A stretch of 61,575 bases of DNA from Acidobacteriota bacterium (GCA_022821775.1 JAJECY010000223.1:1-61575); one strand, 5' to 3'. Shown: positions 1-9,102, numbered from the stretch's first letter. Notes: a model not told the origin generated them from the sequence alone. Program-made: numbers and translations.

Positions 1-44
1 CCGAGGCCATGACCGTGGACCTGCTCTTTGAGGAGGACCCGTGA
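1..44 (+). CDS. 3' terminal 14 codons of an upstream CDS entering from the left edge; product not determinable
   Basis: The open frame from base 3 ends at TGA 42-44 and overlaps the GTG start of the next gene (GTGA), implying translational coupling. In YhaO/YhaN (SbcF/SbcE) pairs the upstream partner is an Mre11-like nuclease, but that is analogy only. Confidence 0.3.
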   Translation, partial: EAMTVDLLFEEDP

Positions 45-2878
45 GGATTCGCCGCCTCCACATCGACGGCTTCGGCCGGTTTACCGACCGTAGGTTGGGG
101 CCATTTGAACGGCCCGTTACCGTCTTTCTCGGTCCCAACGAGGCGGGCAAGAGCACCCTGCTGGAGTTCGTTCGGAGGGTGTTGTTCGGATTTCGCGCGG
201 CCAGGGGCAGGGCTCCGTCAGGATATAACGATTACCCGCCGCTGGCCGGGGGGCAGCATGGGGGCGGGGTCACCATCGTCAGCGACGCTGGCGAGACCGT
301 CACCGTCCAGCGATTCCAGGGGACGGGCGGCGGGTCAGTCAGGCTGACTGCCAAGTCCGGCGAGCCGTTCCCCGAGGGTGAATTGCAGCGTCTGCTCGGT
401 CACCACTCCCGGGACGTCTTTCAAAACGTCTTTACATTCACCCTCGACGAACTCCACAGCGAGAACCTGCTGAATGACGAAAGCGTCAACGCACAGATTT
501 ACAGCGTTGGCATCGGTGCGACCAAGCTTCCCGACGCATTGAAGGCGTTGAACAACCACAGGGACTGGTTGTTTCTGAAGGGTGGCAGCAAGCACGAGAT
601 CGCCAAAGCTGCCAACCAACTCGGTGAGATCGATTCCAAGCTCGCGGAAGTTGCAAACAACGCAGTGGAATACTCTGACCTCACCTCCCGACTCAAGCAG
701 GTCAAGGAGGAACTCCAACGGCTAAGCGGCCTTCGCCGGAAGCAACAGTCGGAGCTCGATCACCAGAAGCGGTTGGAGAGCGCCTGGGATGATTGGAACG
801 ACCTCAACCAGGCCGAGGAAGAGTTGGCCGGGTTGCCTCCCATGGAAGACTTCCCCATCGATGGCGTCAGCCGACTGGAAACGCTGGAGGAGCGGATCGA
901 TGCTGCGCAGCGAGAATACGATTCTTCAAGCGTGGATGTGAGGGAAGCCAAAACCGAGGCAGAGGCGATTGTTGAGCATGAGGCTATCCTCGACCGTTCG
1001 CCCGACATCCGGAAACTCGAACAGGGCCGTACCTCCTTCCACAACTCCGTTCGCGACTTGCCGAAGCGCAAGGATGAATCCGACAAGCATGAAGACTCCT
1101 TGGCCTCAACCCTCAAGGATCTGGGTCCGGACTGGGATGAAGCTCGCCTGGAGAACTTCGACCTGTCGCTGGCCGTCCGCGAGGACATCTCCCGATTCCA
1201 GGAAGAGTTGCAAGAAGCCGGGCAGAAACTTGGTGACAGCAAGTCCACACTCACTCAGCATGAGACTTTGTTGGAGGAATCCACCGAGGCGGAGAGCAGG
1301 GCCAAAAGGGAGCTCGAGGCTGCCGTCAAGCCGGTCAGTCGCAAGAACGGCAGTAAGGCGCCGCCGGCCATCTGCCTTGCCGCCGGCATGGCGGTCTTGG
1401 CCGTGGGGGTGGTACTTGGCGAATCTGCTCTCTTCCTGGGAATTGCCGCAGGCGTCGCACTCGCGGCTGTTGCGGCATACCTGTTCGCATCCGGCCGGCC
1501 ATTTGCCGGCGCCGACATGGAATATGGGCGTCTCTCCAGAGCGCTCGAAGATGCGAGGCAGTTGGCCCGGCAGCGTGAGAGCAGAGTGGAGAAGTGCAAG
1601 AAAGCCGTCGAAGAGGCTGAGCGTTCAGTCGGGGCTGTTCGGAGAGAATGGCGGCAATGGCTCTCAGACCGAAATCTGAGGGAGACCTTCCTGCCGGAGA
1701 CCGTGGGTGAGCTTCGCGGCAAAGTCGAACTTGGACGCAGTCAACTTCTCAGTCTACGAAGCCATCGAGAGCGTATCGACGCCATTCAGAACGACATCGA
1801 CGGCTACATTGAAGTGGCTGCCCCTCTGGCGTTGGGCTTCGGCGTTCCCTTCGACAGGAACGATTGGAATTCCGTCGCCGTCGCGGCTGACAGCCTGGTG
1901 GAGATGCGCACCAGTGTCGAGCGGAGAGTCGGAGATCGGACGAACGCGGCGACCATCTTGAAGAATGCGGAGCGCCAGTTGAAAGAGCGCATGAGCGATC
2001 TCCGGAAGGCGAGGGAGGAGTTGAAGAGTCTGCTCCATTCCGGCGGCGCGGCTGATGCCGAGGATTTTCGCAAGCGGGCGGAGATCGTGCGCCAGAGAAC
2101 GAACCTGGAAGAGCAGAAACGCGGCTCGCTCGGACGACTGCAACGGCTCAGCGGCCCCGGAGAGCCGCTCGAAGCCTTGAAGAAGCAACTCGGGGGCACG
2201 GATTTTCAGACTATCCGCGACGAGAAACGCTTGCTCGGGGAAAAAATTGAACACGCCGACGCAGAGATTAGGGAGTTGTCCACCGAGCAAGGTTCGACCC
2301 AAACCGACCTCAAGACACTGACCGGCGAGGAGGAATCGTCGAGTCTGCGGGCGGAGCGCCACCGGCTGTTGGAGGAGATCCGCGGCCTTGCGCGGGAATG
2401 GGCTGTTCGCACCATCGCCGAGAACCTACTCAAGGAGTCGCAGGCCAAGTTCGAGAGAGAGCGCCAACCGGGCGTCGTCCGCCATGCCGAATCGTTCTTC
2501 AAGGGCATCACGGATGGGCGCTATCGGACCGTGTTCTCCCCGCTCGGCAGGTCGGAGATACAGGTGACCGACTCCGACGGCGTTCCCAGGCGACCATTCC
2601 AACTCAGCCGGGGCACGCGGGAGCAGTTGTTTCTGGCGCTGCGATTCGGCCTTATCCAGGAGTTGGGCCAGCGGTCGGAGCGGCTGCCGGTGATCGTGGA
2701 CGAGGCGCTGGTGAATTTCGATCCCGAGCGGGGGCTGCGGGCCGCGGCCGCGTTTACGAAACTGGCTGAGGCCAACCAGTTGCTGGTTTTCACCTGCCAT
2801 CCGACGATCGTCGAACTCTTTCAAAACGCAGCAGCCGAGCTAGAGGTGCAAGAACCCGAGGTAGTCCGGATGGGGTGA
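41..2878 (+). CDS. SMC/Rad50-like AAA ATPase, YhaN/SbcE-type, with a central two-helix hydrophobic hairpin
   Basis: 945-aa ORF with GGAGG at 32-36, then GTG 41. Walker A GPNEAGKST (aa 31-39), C-terminal signature-like LSRGTREQL, Walker B LPVIVDEA and H-loop FTCH. Long charged coiled-coil-like middle. The N-terminus MRIRRLHIDGFGRF is typical of YhaN-like ATPases. Confidence 0.8.
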   Translation: MRIRRLHIDGFGRFTDRRLGPFERPVTVFLGPNEAGKSTLLEFVRRVLFGFRAARGRAPSGYNDYPPLAGGQHGGGVTIVSDAGETVTVQRFQGTGGGSVRLTAKSGEPFPEGELQRLLGHHSRDVFQNVFTFTLDELHSENLLNDESVNAQIYSVGIGATKLPDALKALNNHRDWLFLKGGSKHEIAKAANQLGEIDSKLAEVANNAVEYSDLTSRLKQVKEELQRLSGLRRKQQSELDHQKRLESAWDDWNDLNQAEEELAGLPPMEDFPIDGVSRLETLEERIDAAQREYDSSSVDVREAKTEAEAIVEHEAILDRSPDIRKLEQGRTSFHNSVRDLPKRKDESDKHEDSLASTLKDLGPDWDEARLENFDLSLAVREDISRFQEELQEAGQKLGDSKSTLTQHETLLEESTEAESRAKRELEAAVKPVSRKNGSKAPPAICLAAGMAVLAVGVVLGESALFLGIAAGVALAAVAAYLFASGRPFAGADMEYGRLSRALEDARQLARQRESRVEKCKKAVEEAERSVGAVRREWRQWLSDRNLRETFLPETVGELRGKVELGRSQLLSLRSHRERIDAIQNDIDGYIEVAAPLALGFGVPFDRNDWNSVAVAADSLVEMRTSVERRVGDRTNAATILKNAERQLKERMSDLRKAREELKSLLHSGGAADAEDFRKRAEIVRQRTNLEEQKRGSLGRLQRLSGPGEPLEALKKQLGGTDFQTIRDEKRLLGEKIEHADAEIRELSTEQGSTQTDLKTLTGEEESSSLRAERHRLLEEIRGLAREWAVRTIAENLLKESQAKFERERQPGVVRHAESFFKGITDGRYRTVFSPLGRSEIQVTDSDGVPRRPFQLSRGTREQLFLALRFGLIQELGQRSERLPVIVDEALVNFDPERGLRAAAAFTKLAEANQLLVFTCHPTIVELFQNAAAELEVQEPEVVRMG

Positions 2879-3002
2879 GGCGACCGAAGAATACGGACCT
2901 CGGGCAGGGCGGGTGTGAACGAGGCTACGGCATTCGCTTCGCTGGCTAAAGTGGCGGGTGGGCGCGACTTCTCGGGGCAGGGATTCTACACGGCATTGCG
3001 AG

Positions 3003-5045
3003 TCAATTGGCCTTCGCACGCTGCGCATAGTCCCGGTACTTGCCGAAGAGGGTCACGAACCTGGTGGAGACAGCGTCGAAATTTCTCGACGGCGTCGGAG
3101 ACCCGGGGCCTGCCCCAGGAGCAATCAGGTCGAGATTCCTGTTTCCGATGAAACTGGTTCTCACCGTCTCCTGCATCCTGGTGGGAAGGTAGTAGGACCG
3201 CTTGCCGATTCCCATCTTCTTGTAGTCGATGGTGAGCTCGTAGGCCTTGATGGGGGACTCCTTGGGGATCTCGGTCTCCTTGGCGCGGAAGCGCACCACC
3301 TGGAAGTCCTTGAGGTCGATCCAGCACTGCCCCTCATACCCGTAGGTGACGGACTTCTTTTCAGATACGCGCAGGGTTCGCTTGGAATGCTCGGCCGGGA
3401 CACTGAAGCGGAGGCGCGCCACTTGGCGTCCGCTGATCTTCTCCAGGCGCTCCAGTTCCAGGGTGACTTTAGATTCCGGGGAGAAGAGCTCGGCGATGGC
3501 GGGACCGAACTCTCCCGCCGACTGGGGAGGCGCGCTGCTGGCGCCCACGTTCCTGTAATGCTTCTGCTTGCCGTGATAGGAGAGTTCGTGAGCCAGGAAA
3601 TCCTCCTGCGTCCATCCTCCCCGGCCGATCCGGCGGTAGCGGCGGGTGGTCTGGTTGCAGACGAATTCGGGCAGTTGGCGCTCATAGTCAAAGGTCTTGG
3701 CGCGAACGGTCTTCAGGAACAGCGGCCAGTTCTTGCTGGTGGGCCTGGTGCCCGGCTTCATAAGGTCTGACGCTTTTTTGCTGGCAACCCGCCGGGGGCG
3801 TTTTTTGCGGGAGACCTTGACCACTCGGGCCGAGGGGACGAATTCCACCACCTGCTTCGTGCACAGCAACTTGTCCGGGAGCTGGCTTGTCTGGTCACAG
3901 GTGGCCCCGGCCACTTCGGTCGGCCGCAGCAGGGGGGCGTCCGGGTTGCCGGTGGCCAGGACCCGTCCTTCATCTCCCACCACCGCCCCTGCCAGGTTGG
4001 CTCCCCGCAGGTCGGTCTCCTTGAGGTCGCTCCCCGACAGGGAGGCTCCCGACAGGTCGGCGTTCTGCAGATCGGCTCCCGTCAGCATTGCTTCATCCAG
4101 GGTGGCTTTACTCAAGTTTGCCCCGGCCAGAGAGGCATCGCTCAGGTCGGCTTGGGTCAGGTCGGCTTGGCTGAGATCGGCCTTCTCCAACTGGGCCCCG
4201 GTCAGATTGGCTTGAGTCAGCAGGCTTTGGGAGAGCTTGGCTTCCTGTAGATTGGCTCCGATGAAGTTGCCTCGATACACCTCCGCCTTGGTGAAGTCGG
4301 CCTGACCGAGGTCGGCCTGCATGAAGTCCACCTTGTCGGAAAACCCGCTTCGAAAGTTGAGTCCGGTGAGCACCGCCTGGCTGAGGTCGGAGGAAGAGAC
4401 CTCCACTCCCTCCCAGTCCCGCCCGCTCAAGTCGACCCCGCTGAGGTTGACCCCGAACAGGATCATTCGGGAGAACTGCGCCTGATCCAGCTCGGCTCCC
4501 CGCAGGTCGGTGTTTCGGATGACGGCCTCGCTCAGGTTGGCTCGACTCAGCCTGGCTCCCTGAAACTGGGCCCCCGATACGTGGGCGCCCGTCAAATCGG
4601 CGCCGGTCAGGTCGGCTTCCCGCAGGTCGGTTCGAGTGAGGGTGGCTTCGATGAGCCTGGCTCCAATCAGTTTTGCTCCCTGGAGATTGACGTCGGTCAG
4701 GGATGCGCCCGACAGATTGGCGCCGGAGAGGTTCCTGCCCTGCAGGTCGGTCTTGAACAGGTCCGCCTTCCGGAGGTCTCCGCACTCCCCCCGAAAATCG
4801 GGATTGAGCCCCTGAACCCCATCGTTGTCAGCGCATCCCTGTTCGCCCCGGAAGGTGAATCGAGGACTTTCGCCGGCGGGTTCCTGCTGGGTCGACTGGC
4901 CTTCCTGCGCGACCGGGACGGTCGCCGGGGCTTGGTAGGAGCCGGCCATCACCGTCAGGAGAAACAGCGCCAGCAGCGCCGGTCCCTGCTTGGGCAAGCG
5001 ACGCCTTATGGAAGTGTGGACTCTCGATTTCACGACGGACTCCAT
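3003..5045 (-). CDS. Exported pentapeptide-repeat protein with an uncharacterised C-terminal domain
   Basis: The ORF track gives 3003..5114. I prefer ATG 5045, because MESVVKSRVHTSIRRRLPKQGPALLALFLLTVMAGSYQAPA has a basic n-region plus hydrophobic core. ATG 5099 and TTG 5114 are alternatives. About 53 consecutive A(D/N)LXX units (e.g. ADLTGADLTGAHVSGAQFQGARLSRANLSEA) span aa ~90-355 (nt ~3981-4778). A basic linker VSRKKRPRRVASKKAS follows, then ~270 aa I cannot assign. Confidence 0.75.
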   Translation of the reverse strand: MESVVKSRVHTSIRRRLPKQGPALLALFLLTVMAGSYQAPATVPVAQEGQSTQQEPAGESPRFTFRGEQGCADNDGVQGLNPDFRGECGDLRKADLFKTDLQGRNLSGANLSGASLTDVNLQGAKLIGARLIEATLTRTDLREADLTGADLTGAHVSGAQFQGARLSRANLSEAVIRNTDLRGAELDQAQFSRMILFGVNLSGVDLSGRDWEGVEVSSSDLSQAVLTGLNFRSGFSDKVDFMQADLGQADFTKAEVYRGNFIGANLQEAKLSQSLLTQANLTGAQLEKADLSQADLTQADLSDASLAGANLSKATLDEAMLTGADLQNADLSGASLSGSDLKETDLRGANLAGAVVGDEGRVLATGNPDAPLLRPTEVAGATCDQTSQLPDKLLCTKQVVEFVPSARVVKVSRKKRPRRVASKKASDLMKPGTRPTSKNWPLFLKTVRAKTFDYERQLPEFVCNQTTRRYRRIGRGGWTQEDFLAHELSYHGKQKHYRNVGASSAPPQSAGEFGPAIAELFSPESKVTLELERLEKISGRQVARLRFSVPAEHSKRTLRVSEKKSVTYGYEGQCWIDLKDFQVVRFRAKETEIPKESPIKAYELTIDYKKMGIGKRSYYLPTRMQETVRTSFIGNRNLDLIAPGAGPGSPTPSRNFDAVSTRFVTLFGKYRDYAQRAKAN

Positions 5046-5230
5046 GGATTGGGGCCCGGGTCCGATCGGAAGCCGCGACCGCCAATCGAACTCCGGCATC
5101 CTGCTGGGACTCAACTACTTGGAACTATAGCCTTTTTGGAATGCGGTCTCAAGCGCCTTGCAGGAATCATGGAGTCCCGGATTGCAGAGAATATCGGGCA
5201 CATTCTTCGCATTACGTGCAAAGAACAGGT

Positions 5231-5278
5231 TTGACGATGCGGGAGATAATGGGCATAATCTACGCATGGAGTGCGTAG
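5231..5278 (+). promoter_or_regulatory. Candidate sigma70-type promoter plus a perfect 7-bp inverted repeat directly upstream of the Fic gene
   Basis: TTGACG (5231-5236), 17-nt spacer, CATAAT (5254-5259), then CTACGCA-tggag-TGCGTAG (5260-5278), ending 1 nt before ATG 5280. There is no Shine-Dalgarno, so the leader is very short or absent. Confidence 0.35.
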
Positions 5279-5279
5279 A

Positions 5280-6386
5280 ATGACTCGCTACATTCACCAA
5301 CTCACCGAATGGCCCCAATTTACATGGGACCATGAGGCCCTGGCTGCCCTGTTGGCCGATATCCGTCACCGGCAAGGGCGCTTGTTGGGTCGGATGGAGG
5401 GCCTCGGCTTCTCTCTCCAGCAGGAAGCCAAACTGGAGACACTGACGTTGGATGTCGTCAAGTCCAGTGAAATCGAAGGCGAGAACCTGAACACGGAAGA
5501 GGTGCGATCATCCGTCGCCCGGCGGCTGGGCATGGACATTGCCGGAGCGATTCCCGCAAACCGGAACGTTGAGGGTGTTGTTGAAATGACGCTCGATGCC
5601 ACCCAGAACTTTGACAAGCCCCTCACCGACGACCGCCTCTTTGCCTGGCATGCGGCGTTGTTCCCTGCAGGGCGCAGCGGCATGCGCAAGATCATCGTCG
5701 GTGCCTGGCGCGACGACGCGGGTGGACCGATGGAAGTTGTCTCGGGTCCCATAGGCAGGGAACGCGTTCACTACGAAGCGCCGGCCGCTCCACTCCTGGA
5801 AATGGAGATGGCCCGGTTCCTTGAGTGGGCGAACGAGCCTGACGGTACCGATCCCGTACTCCGGGCGGCACTGGCGCACCTGTGGTTTGTCACCATTCAC
5901 CCGTTCGACGATGGCAACGGCCGCATCGCGCGGGCGATTTCCGACTGGGCGCTGGCGCGATCCGAGAAGAGCCCGCAGCGCTTCTACAGCATGTCCTGGC
6001 AGATCCGCCAGGAACGGGATGCCTATTACAGGATTCTGGAAAGGACGCAGAAGGGAAGGCTGGATGTCACGCCGTGGATGGCGTGGTTCCTGGTCTGCCT
6101 GGGGCGTGCGTTCAAGGGAACCGAGGCGACGCTGGCCACCGTGCTTCACAAGGCCCGGTTCTGGCAGAAACACGCTGGCGTGAATACCAACAACCGACAG
6201 CGTCTGCTCCTCAACAGGATGCTGGACGGATTCGAGGGAAAACTGACCTCATCGAAGTGGGCCAGGATTGCGAAGTGTTCCCAGGATACGGCGATCCGGG
6301 ACATTCAGGACCTGGTGGCGCGCGGCGTCCTCAAGAAGGACCCGGGAGGCGGGAGGAGCACCAGCTACTCGGCGACGGAGGTTTAA
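5280..6386 (+). CDS. Fic family protein (AMPylase-type, DUF4172-like N-terminus, C-terminal winged-helix-like tail)
   Basis: The ORF track starts at GTG 5271. ATG 5280 gives MTRYIHQLTEWPQFTW, the usual start of this Fic subgroup. Canonical Fic motif HPFDDGNGRIAR (HxFx[D/E]GNGRxxR). N-terminal inhibitory-helix motif SSEIEG ([S/T]xxxE[G/N]). The tail CSQDTAIRDIQDLVARGVL looks like a wHTH. Confidence 0.9.
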   Translation: MTRYIHQLTEWPQFTWDHEALAALLADIRHRQGRLLGRMEGLGFSLQQEAKLETLTLDVVKSSEIEGENLNTEEVRSSVARRLGMDIAGAIPANRNVEGVVEMTLDATQNFDKPLTDDRLFAWHAALFPAGRSGMRKIIVGAWRDDAGGPMEVVSGPIGRERVHYEAPAAPLLEMEMARFLEWANEPDGTDPVLRAALAHLWFVTIHPFDDGNGRIARAISDWALARSEKSPQRFYSMSWQIRQERDAYYRILERTQKGRLDVTPWMAWFLVCLGRAFKGTEATLATVLHKARFWQKHAGVNTNNRQRLLLNRMLDGFEGKLTSSKWARIAKCSQDTAIRDIQDLVARGVLKKDPGGGRSTSYSATEV

Positions 6387-7720
6387 CCCCCCATTTCATC
6401 CTGCTTCTTTCTGAGTTCCAGCAGCTCAGAGTCCACCAACTTCACGTTGTCGTAGGTGACCATGCCATCTTCCGCGATGTCCTCGATCACCTCGGCGCCA
6501 TGGGTCAGGCCGATGGGAACCAGTCGTTCCTCCCGGGCCACCTCGGCCCGTTCGACCATTCCATAGGTGGCGTAGCCCCCCTCGCCGTCCAGCACGGTTC
6601 CGGCCTTCAGGGGCTTCTTGGCGGCCGCCACCACCTCGGAAATCTGCCCGATCACCGAGGCCACCGGTTCCCGGTAGATCATCATGCGGGCGATCCCGAT
6701 GGGGACTTCGTGCCCGATGAAGTGCTGGGGACGGTAGATCATGGCGTGCCTGCTCCTGGCGCCGATGATCATGCCGGTGATTTCTCCGTAGGAGGCCATC
6801 GACTCCACCGGGAAGTCGTCCTGGCCTTCGACTACCGCGTAGAGGCCGCCACGCAGGCTGCGCTCCACCGGAGTGTCGTCGGGAAAGATGGAGCTGACGG
6901 CTTCCACCACTCCCTCGGTTTCCAGAATGCCGCCGAGCTCCTTGCGGCAGAGCTTGTCGGGGATCTCTCGCAGATCGGCCGCGGGGAAGTGCATTCCGCG
7001 GATGTCGGGGACCAGGCCGGTGGCGTTGGAGAGGGCCGCCATCTCGATGGAGTGCTTGGTGCCGTCCAGGAACGAGCAGAACATGCTGGCGTTGTAGTCC
7101 TTGCCCTTGAAACCGTACATCCTGGGGACGTCGTCGGGATTGGCCTTGCGGAAGGCCAGCTTGAAGCGGGTTCCCTTGCCGGAGGCGATCAGCCTGAACC
7201 CCAGCGTGCGCGCCCAGTCGCAGAGCTCGGCGGCCAGGGCAGGTTCGTCTCCGTAAGCCATGCTGTAAAGGAGGCCGGCCCGGTCCGCCATCCGTTTGAG
7301 CAGGGACCCCACCAGGATGTCGGCTTCCACCGTCACCATGACCAGGTGCTTATTCTGCTGGATGGCCCGATAGCCGTTGGCCGCACCCACCTCGGGTATT
7401 CCGGTGGCTTCCACCACCACGTCCACTTGGCTGCCCAGCAGATCCTCGGCCCCTGCGGTCACGGCCGGCCGATCCCCATCCATGGCCCGGTCGATCTCAC
7501 CGGCCGTCTTGGCCACCCGGACCTCCTCGCGGGGGACGCCCCCGAGGCTCAGGGCCCGGACAGCCCGCTCCGGCTTGAGGTCGGCGATGGCCGCGACTCT
7601 CATGCCCTTCATTCGGCAGGTTTGAGCCACGATCTGGGTTCCGAAGGTTCCGGCGCCGATGATTCCGACCCGGATCGGCCGCCCCTCTTTCTCCAGTTGA
7701 GCCAGTCTTCGATGAAGCAT
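6383..7720 (-). CDS. NAD(P)-binding oxidoreductase with a C-terminal SAF-like domain (predicted homoserine-dehydrogenase-like, COG4091-type)
   Basis: 445-aa ORF with Rossmann start IRVGIIGAGTFGTQ. GGAGG lies 9 nt upstream of ATG 7720. The stop overlaps the Fic stop on the other strand (shared TTAA 6383-6386). The gap to the upstream gene is 18 nt. Confidence 0.7.
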   Translation of the reverse strand: MLHRRLAQLEKEGRPIRVGIIGAGTFGTQIVAQTCRMKGMRVAAIADLKPERAVRALSLGGVPREEVRVAKTAGEIDRAMDGDRPAVTAGAEDLLGSQVDVVVEATGIPEVGAANGYRAIQQNKHLVMVTVEADILVGSLLKRMADRAGLLYSMAYGDEPALAAELCDWARTLGFRLIASGKGTRFKLAFRKANPDDVPRMYGFKGKDYNASMFCSFLDGTKHSIEMAALSNATGLVPDIRGMHFPAADLREIPDKLCRKELGGILETEGVVEAVSSIFPDDTPVERSLRGGLYAVVEGQDDFPVESMASYGEITGMIIGARSRHAMIYRPQHFIGHEVPIGIARMMIYREPVASVIGQISEVVAAAKKPLKAGTVLDGEGGYATYGMVERAEVAREERLVPIGLTHGAEVIEDIAEDGMVTYDNVKLVDSELLELRKKQDEMGG

Positions 7721-7738
7721 CTTGAAAGTCCTCCGCGG

Positions 7739-8992
7739 TCAGCTTGCCAACAGTGATTTCAGGCGCTCGGCCACGATCCGGTCCTCGCCCGGTCGAAGCA
7801 TCCAGACGGAAACGGTCAATCCCTGCATGTTGTCGGGGGATTGGCGATTGGGCCGCATCCAGTGGTGGCCGCCCACCTCGATGGGCGGGTCTCCCTGCTT
7901 GAGGCGGGCGGAAGCCTGGGAGGTGGTGATGGGGATCCGCTGGTAGTCCCACTCCAGGCTGAGGTGAGGGACGTGGTTGGCGATCTCCGGCACAAAGGGT
8001 TCCGCCAGGACCCCCGGGATGGAAGCCAGGGCGGCGGCAATGGTGTCCACCCGGGACCGGAGGAGGCGTTTCTCTGCCTGGTGGTCGATCTTGAGATAGC
8101 GCTCCACCGCCGCCAACAGGCCGATCATCTCCTCCTTGCCGACCTTCATTCCCCGCCCGATGCCGCCCCAAGGGCTCCCGCACCGCCTGGCGGCCATCAC
8201 CAGGTCGCTGCGGCCCAGCAGGAGGCCGGAACTCTGGGGACCCAGCAGGCCCTTGCCGCCGCTGAAGGCCACCAGGTCGAATCCCATCCTGACATACTCG
8301 GACAGCCGCCCCTTGGGGGGCACGTCGGCGGCGGCGTCGTTGAAAGTGGGAACCCCGTGCTTCTTCCCCATGGCAACCCAGGTGCGCCGATCGATCCGGC
8401 CCTTGGGGTTGAAGGTGTTGATGAAGAAGAGCATGGCGGTCCCGGGATTGATGGCGGCTTCCACCTGGTCGATGGTTTCGACCTCCACGAGCCGGGTGCC
8501 CACCAGCTTGATCTGGGCTTCGTAGGCTTCCCGGTGTGATTTCTGGATGATGACCTGGTTGGGCATGCCGGTGGTGTCGGGCAGTCGGGCCATCTTGTCC
8601 GGGTCTCCCCGGGTGACGCAAGCCGCGGTTCCCTGGGTGATGGCGCCGGCGGCCCCGCTGGTGACGGTGGCGGCCTCCACGCCAATCAACCGGGCGAGGC
8701 GCTCGCCCACCTTTTCGTGGAGATCGGCCATAGGGACGAAGTGCTGTCCGGCCTCGTCCATGGCCCGGAGCACCTCGGGCGGCATGAGGGTCCCCCCCAG
8801 CCGGGTGACCGTCCCCAGGGCGTTGATGTAGGTGGGCACACCCAGCCGGCTATAGACGTTGTCTTCCCTTTTCGGAGGGGAGGCCGCTGTCTTTTCAAGT
8901 CCGGCGGCTGCCAGCAGGGTCGGAGAGGTCGAGAGCCAGGCCGCTCCCGACAGGAAACGGCGGCGACCCAACAGGCGGTGTTTCAACGGCAT
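7739..8992 (-). CDS. SelA-like / DgaE-like PLP-dependent enzyme with a twin-arginine signal peptide
   Basis: 417-aa ORF with a strong GGAGGAG SD before ATG 8992. Tat motif LGRRRFLSGAAWL..LLAAAG. The PLP-lysine block FSGGKGLLGPQSSGLL matches the SelA FSGDKLLGGPQ block. Appears to form an operon with the downstream dehydrogenase gene. Confidence 0.7.
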   Translation of the reverse strand: MPLKHRLLGRRRFLSGAAWLSTSPTLLAAAGLEKTAASPPKREDNVYSRLGVPTYINALGTVTRLGGTLMPPEVLRAMDEAGQHFVPMADLHEKVGERLARLIGVEAATVTSGAAGAITQGTAACVTRGDPDKMARLPDTTGMPNQVIIQKSHREAYEAQIKLVGTRLVEVETIDQVEAAINPGTAMLFFINTFNPKGRIDRRTWVAMGKKHGVPTFNDAAADVPPKGRLSEYVRMGFDLVAFSGGKGLLGPQSSGLLLGRSDLVMAARRCGSPWGGIGRGMKVGKEEMIGLLAAVERYLKIDHQAEKRLLRSRVDTIAAALASIPGVLAEPFVPEIANHVPHLSLEWDYQRIPITTSQASARLKQGDPPIEVGGHHWMRPNRQSPDNMQGLTVSVWMLRPGEDRIVAERLKSLLAS

Positions 8993-9005
8993 GGCTCCTC
9001 CTCTT

Positions 9006-9100
9006 GTCTATTCGTGTTCATTGGTGTCCATTCGTAGTTCGTCTTGATTAAATGATCAGCCGTTATTCCCCGTTTGATCCACACGGCAGGACGGGGGTGC
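9006..9100 (+). repeat. Partial family-I cassette: (ATTCGTG)n arm plus ATGATCAGCCGT and a CCCCGT..ACGGGG hairpin
   Basis: GTCTATTCGTGTTCATTGGTGTCCATTCGTAGTTCGTCTTGATTAAATGATCAGCCGT aligns with ~43027-43073 of the full copy. It fills the 110-nt spacer between the epimerase stop and the SelA-like start. Confidence 0.55.
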
Positions 9101-9102
9101 AG

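Noticed and set aside
3003-6386. The pentapeptide-repeat protein as a gyrase-mimicking protector paired with a Fic toxin, by analogy with Qnr/MfpA and FicT.
   Set aside because: The pentapeptide protein has a signal-peptide-like N-terminus and so is probably not cytoplasmic. The genes are divergent with separate promoters. The Fic protein carries its own intramolecular inhibitory motif rather than needing a partner.
6383-6386. Overlapping or abutting convergent stop codons: TTAA shared by the Fic and dehydrogenase genes, and TGATCA at 18136-18141 between the SSS and DHS-like genes.
   Set aside because: These are real in the sequence but are a common consequence of compact gene packing. There is no evidence of regulatory meaning.
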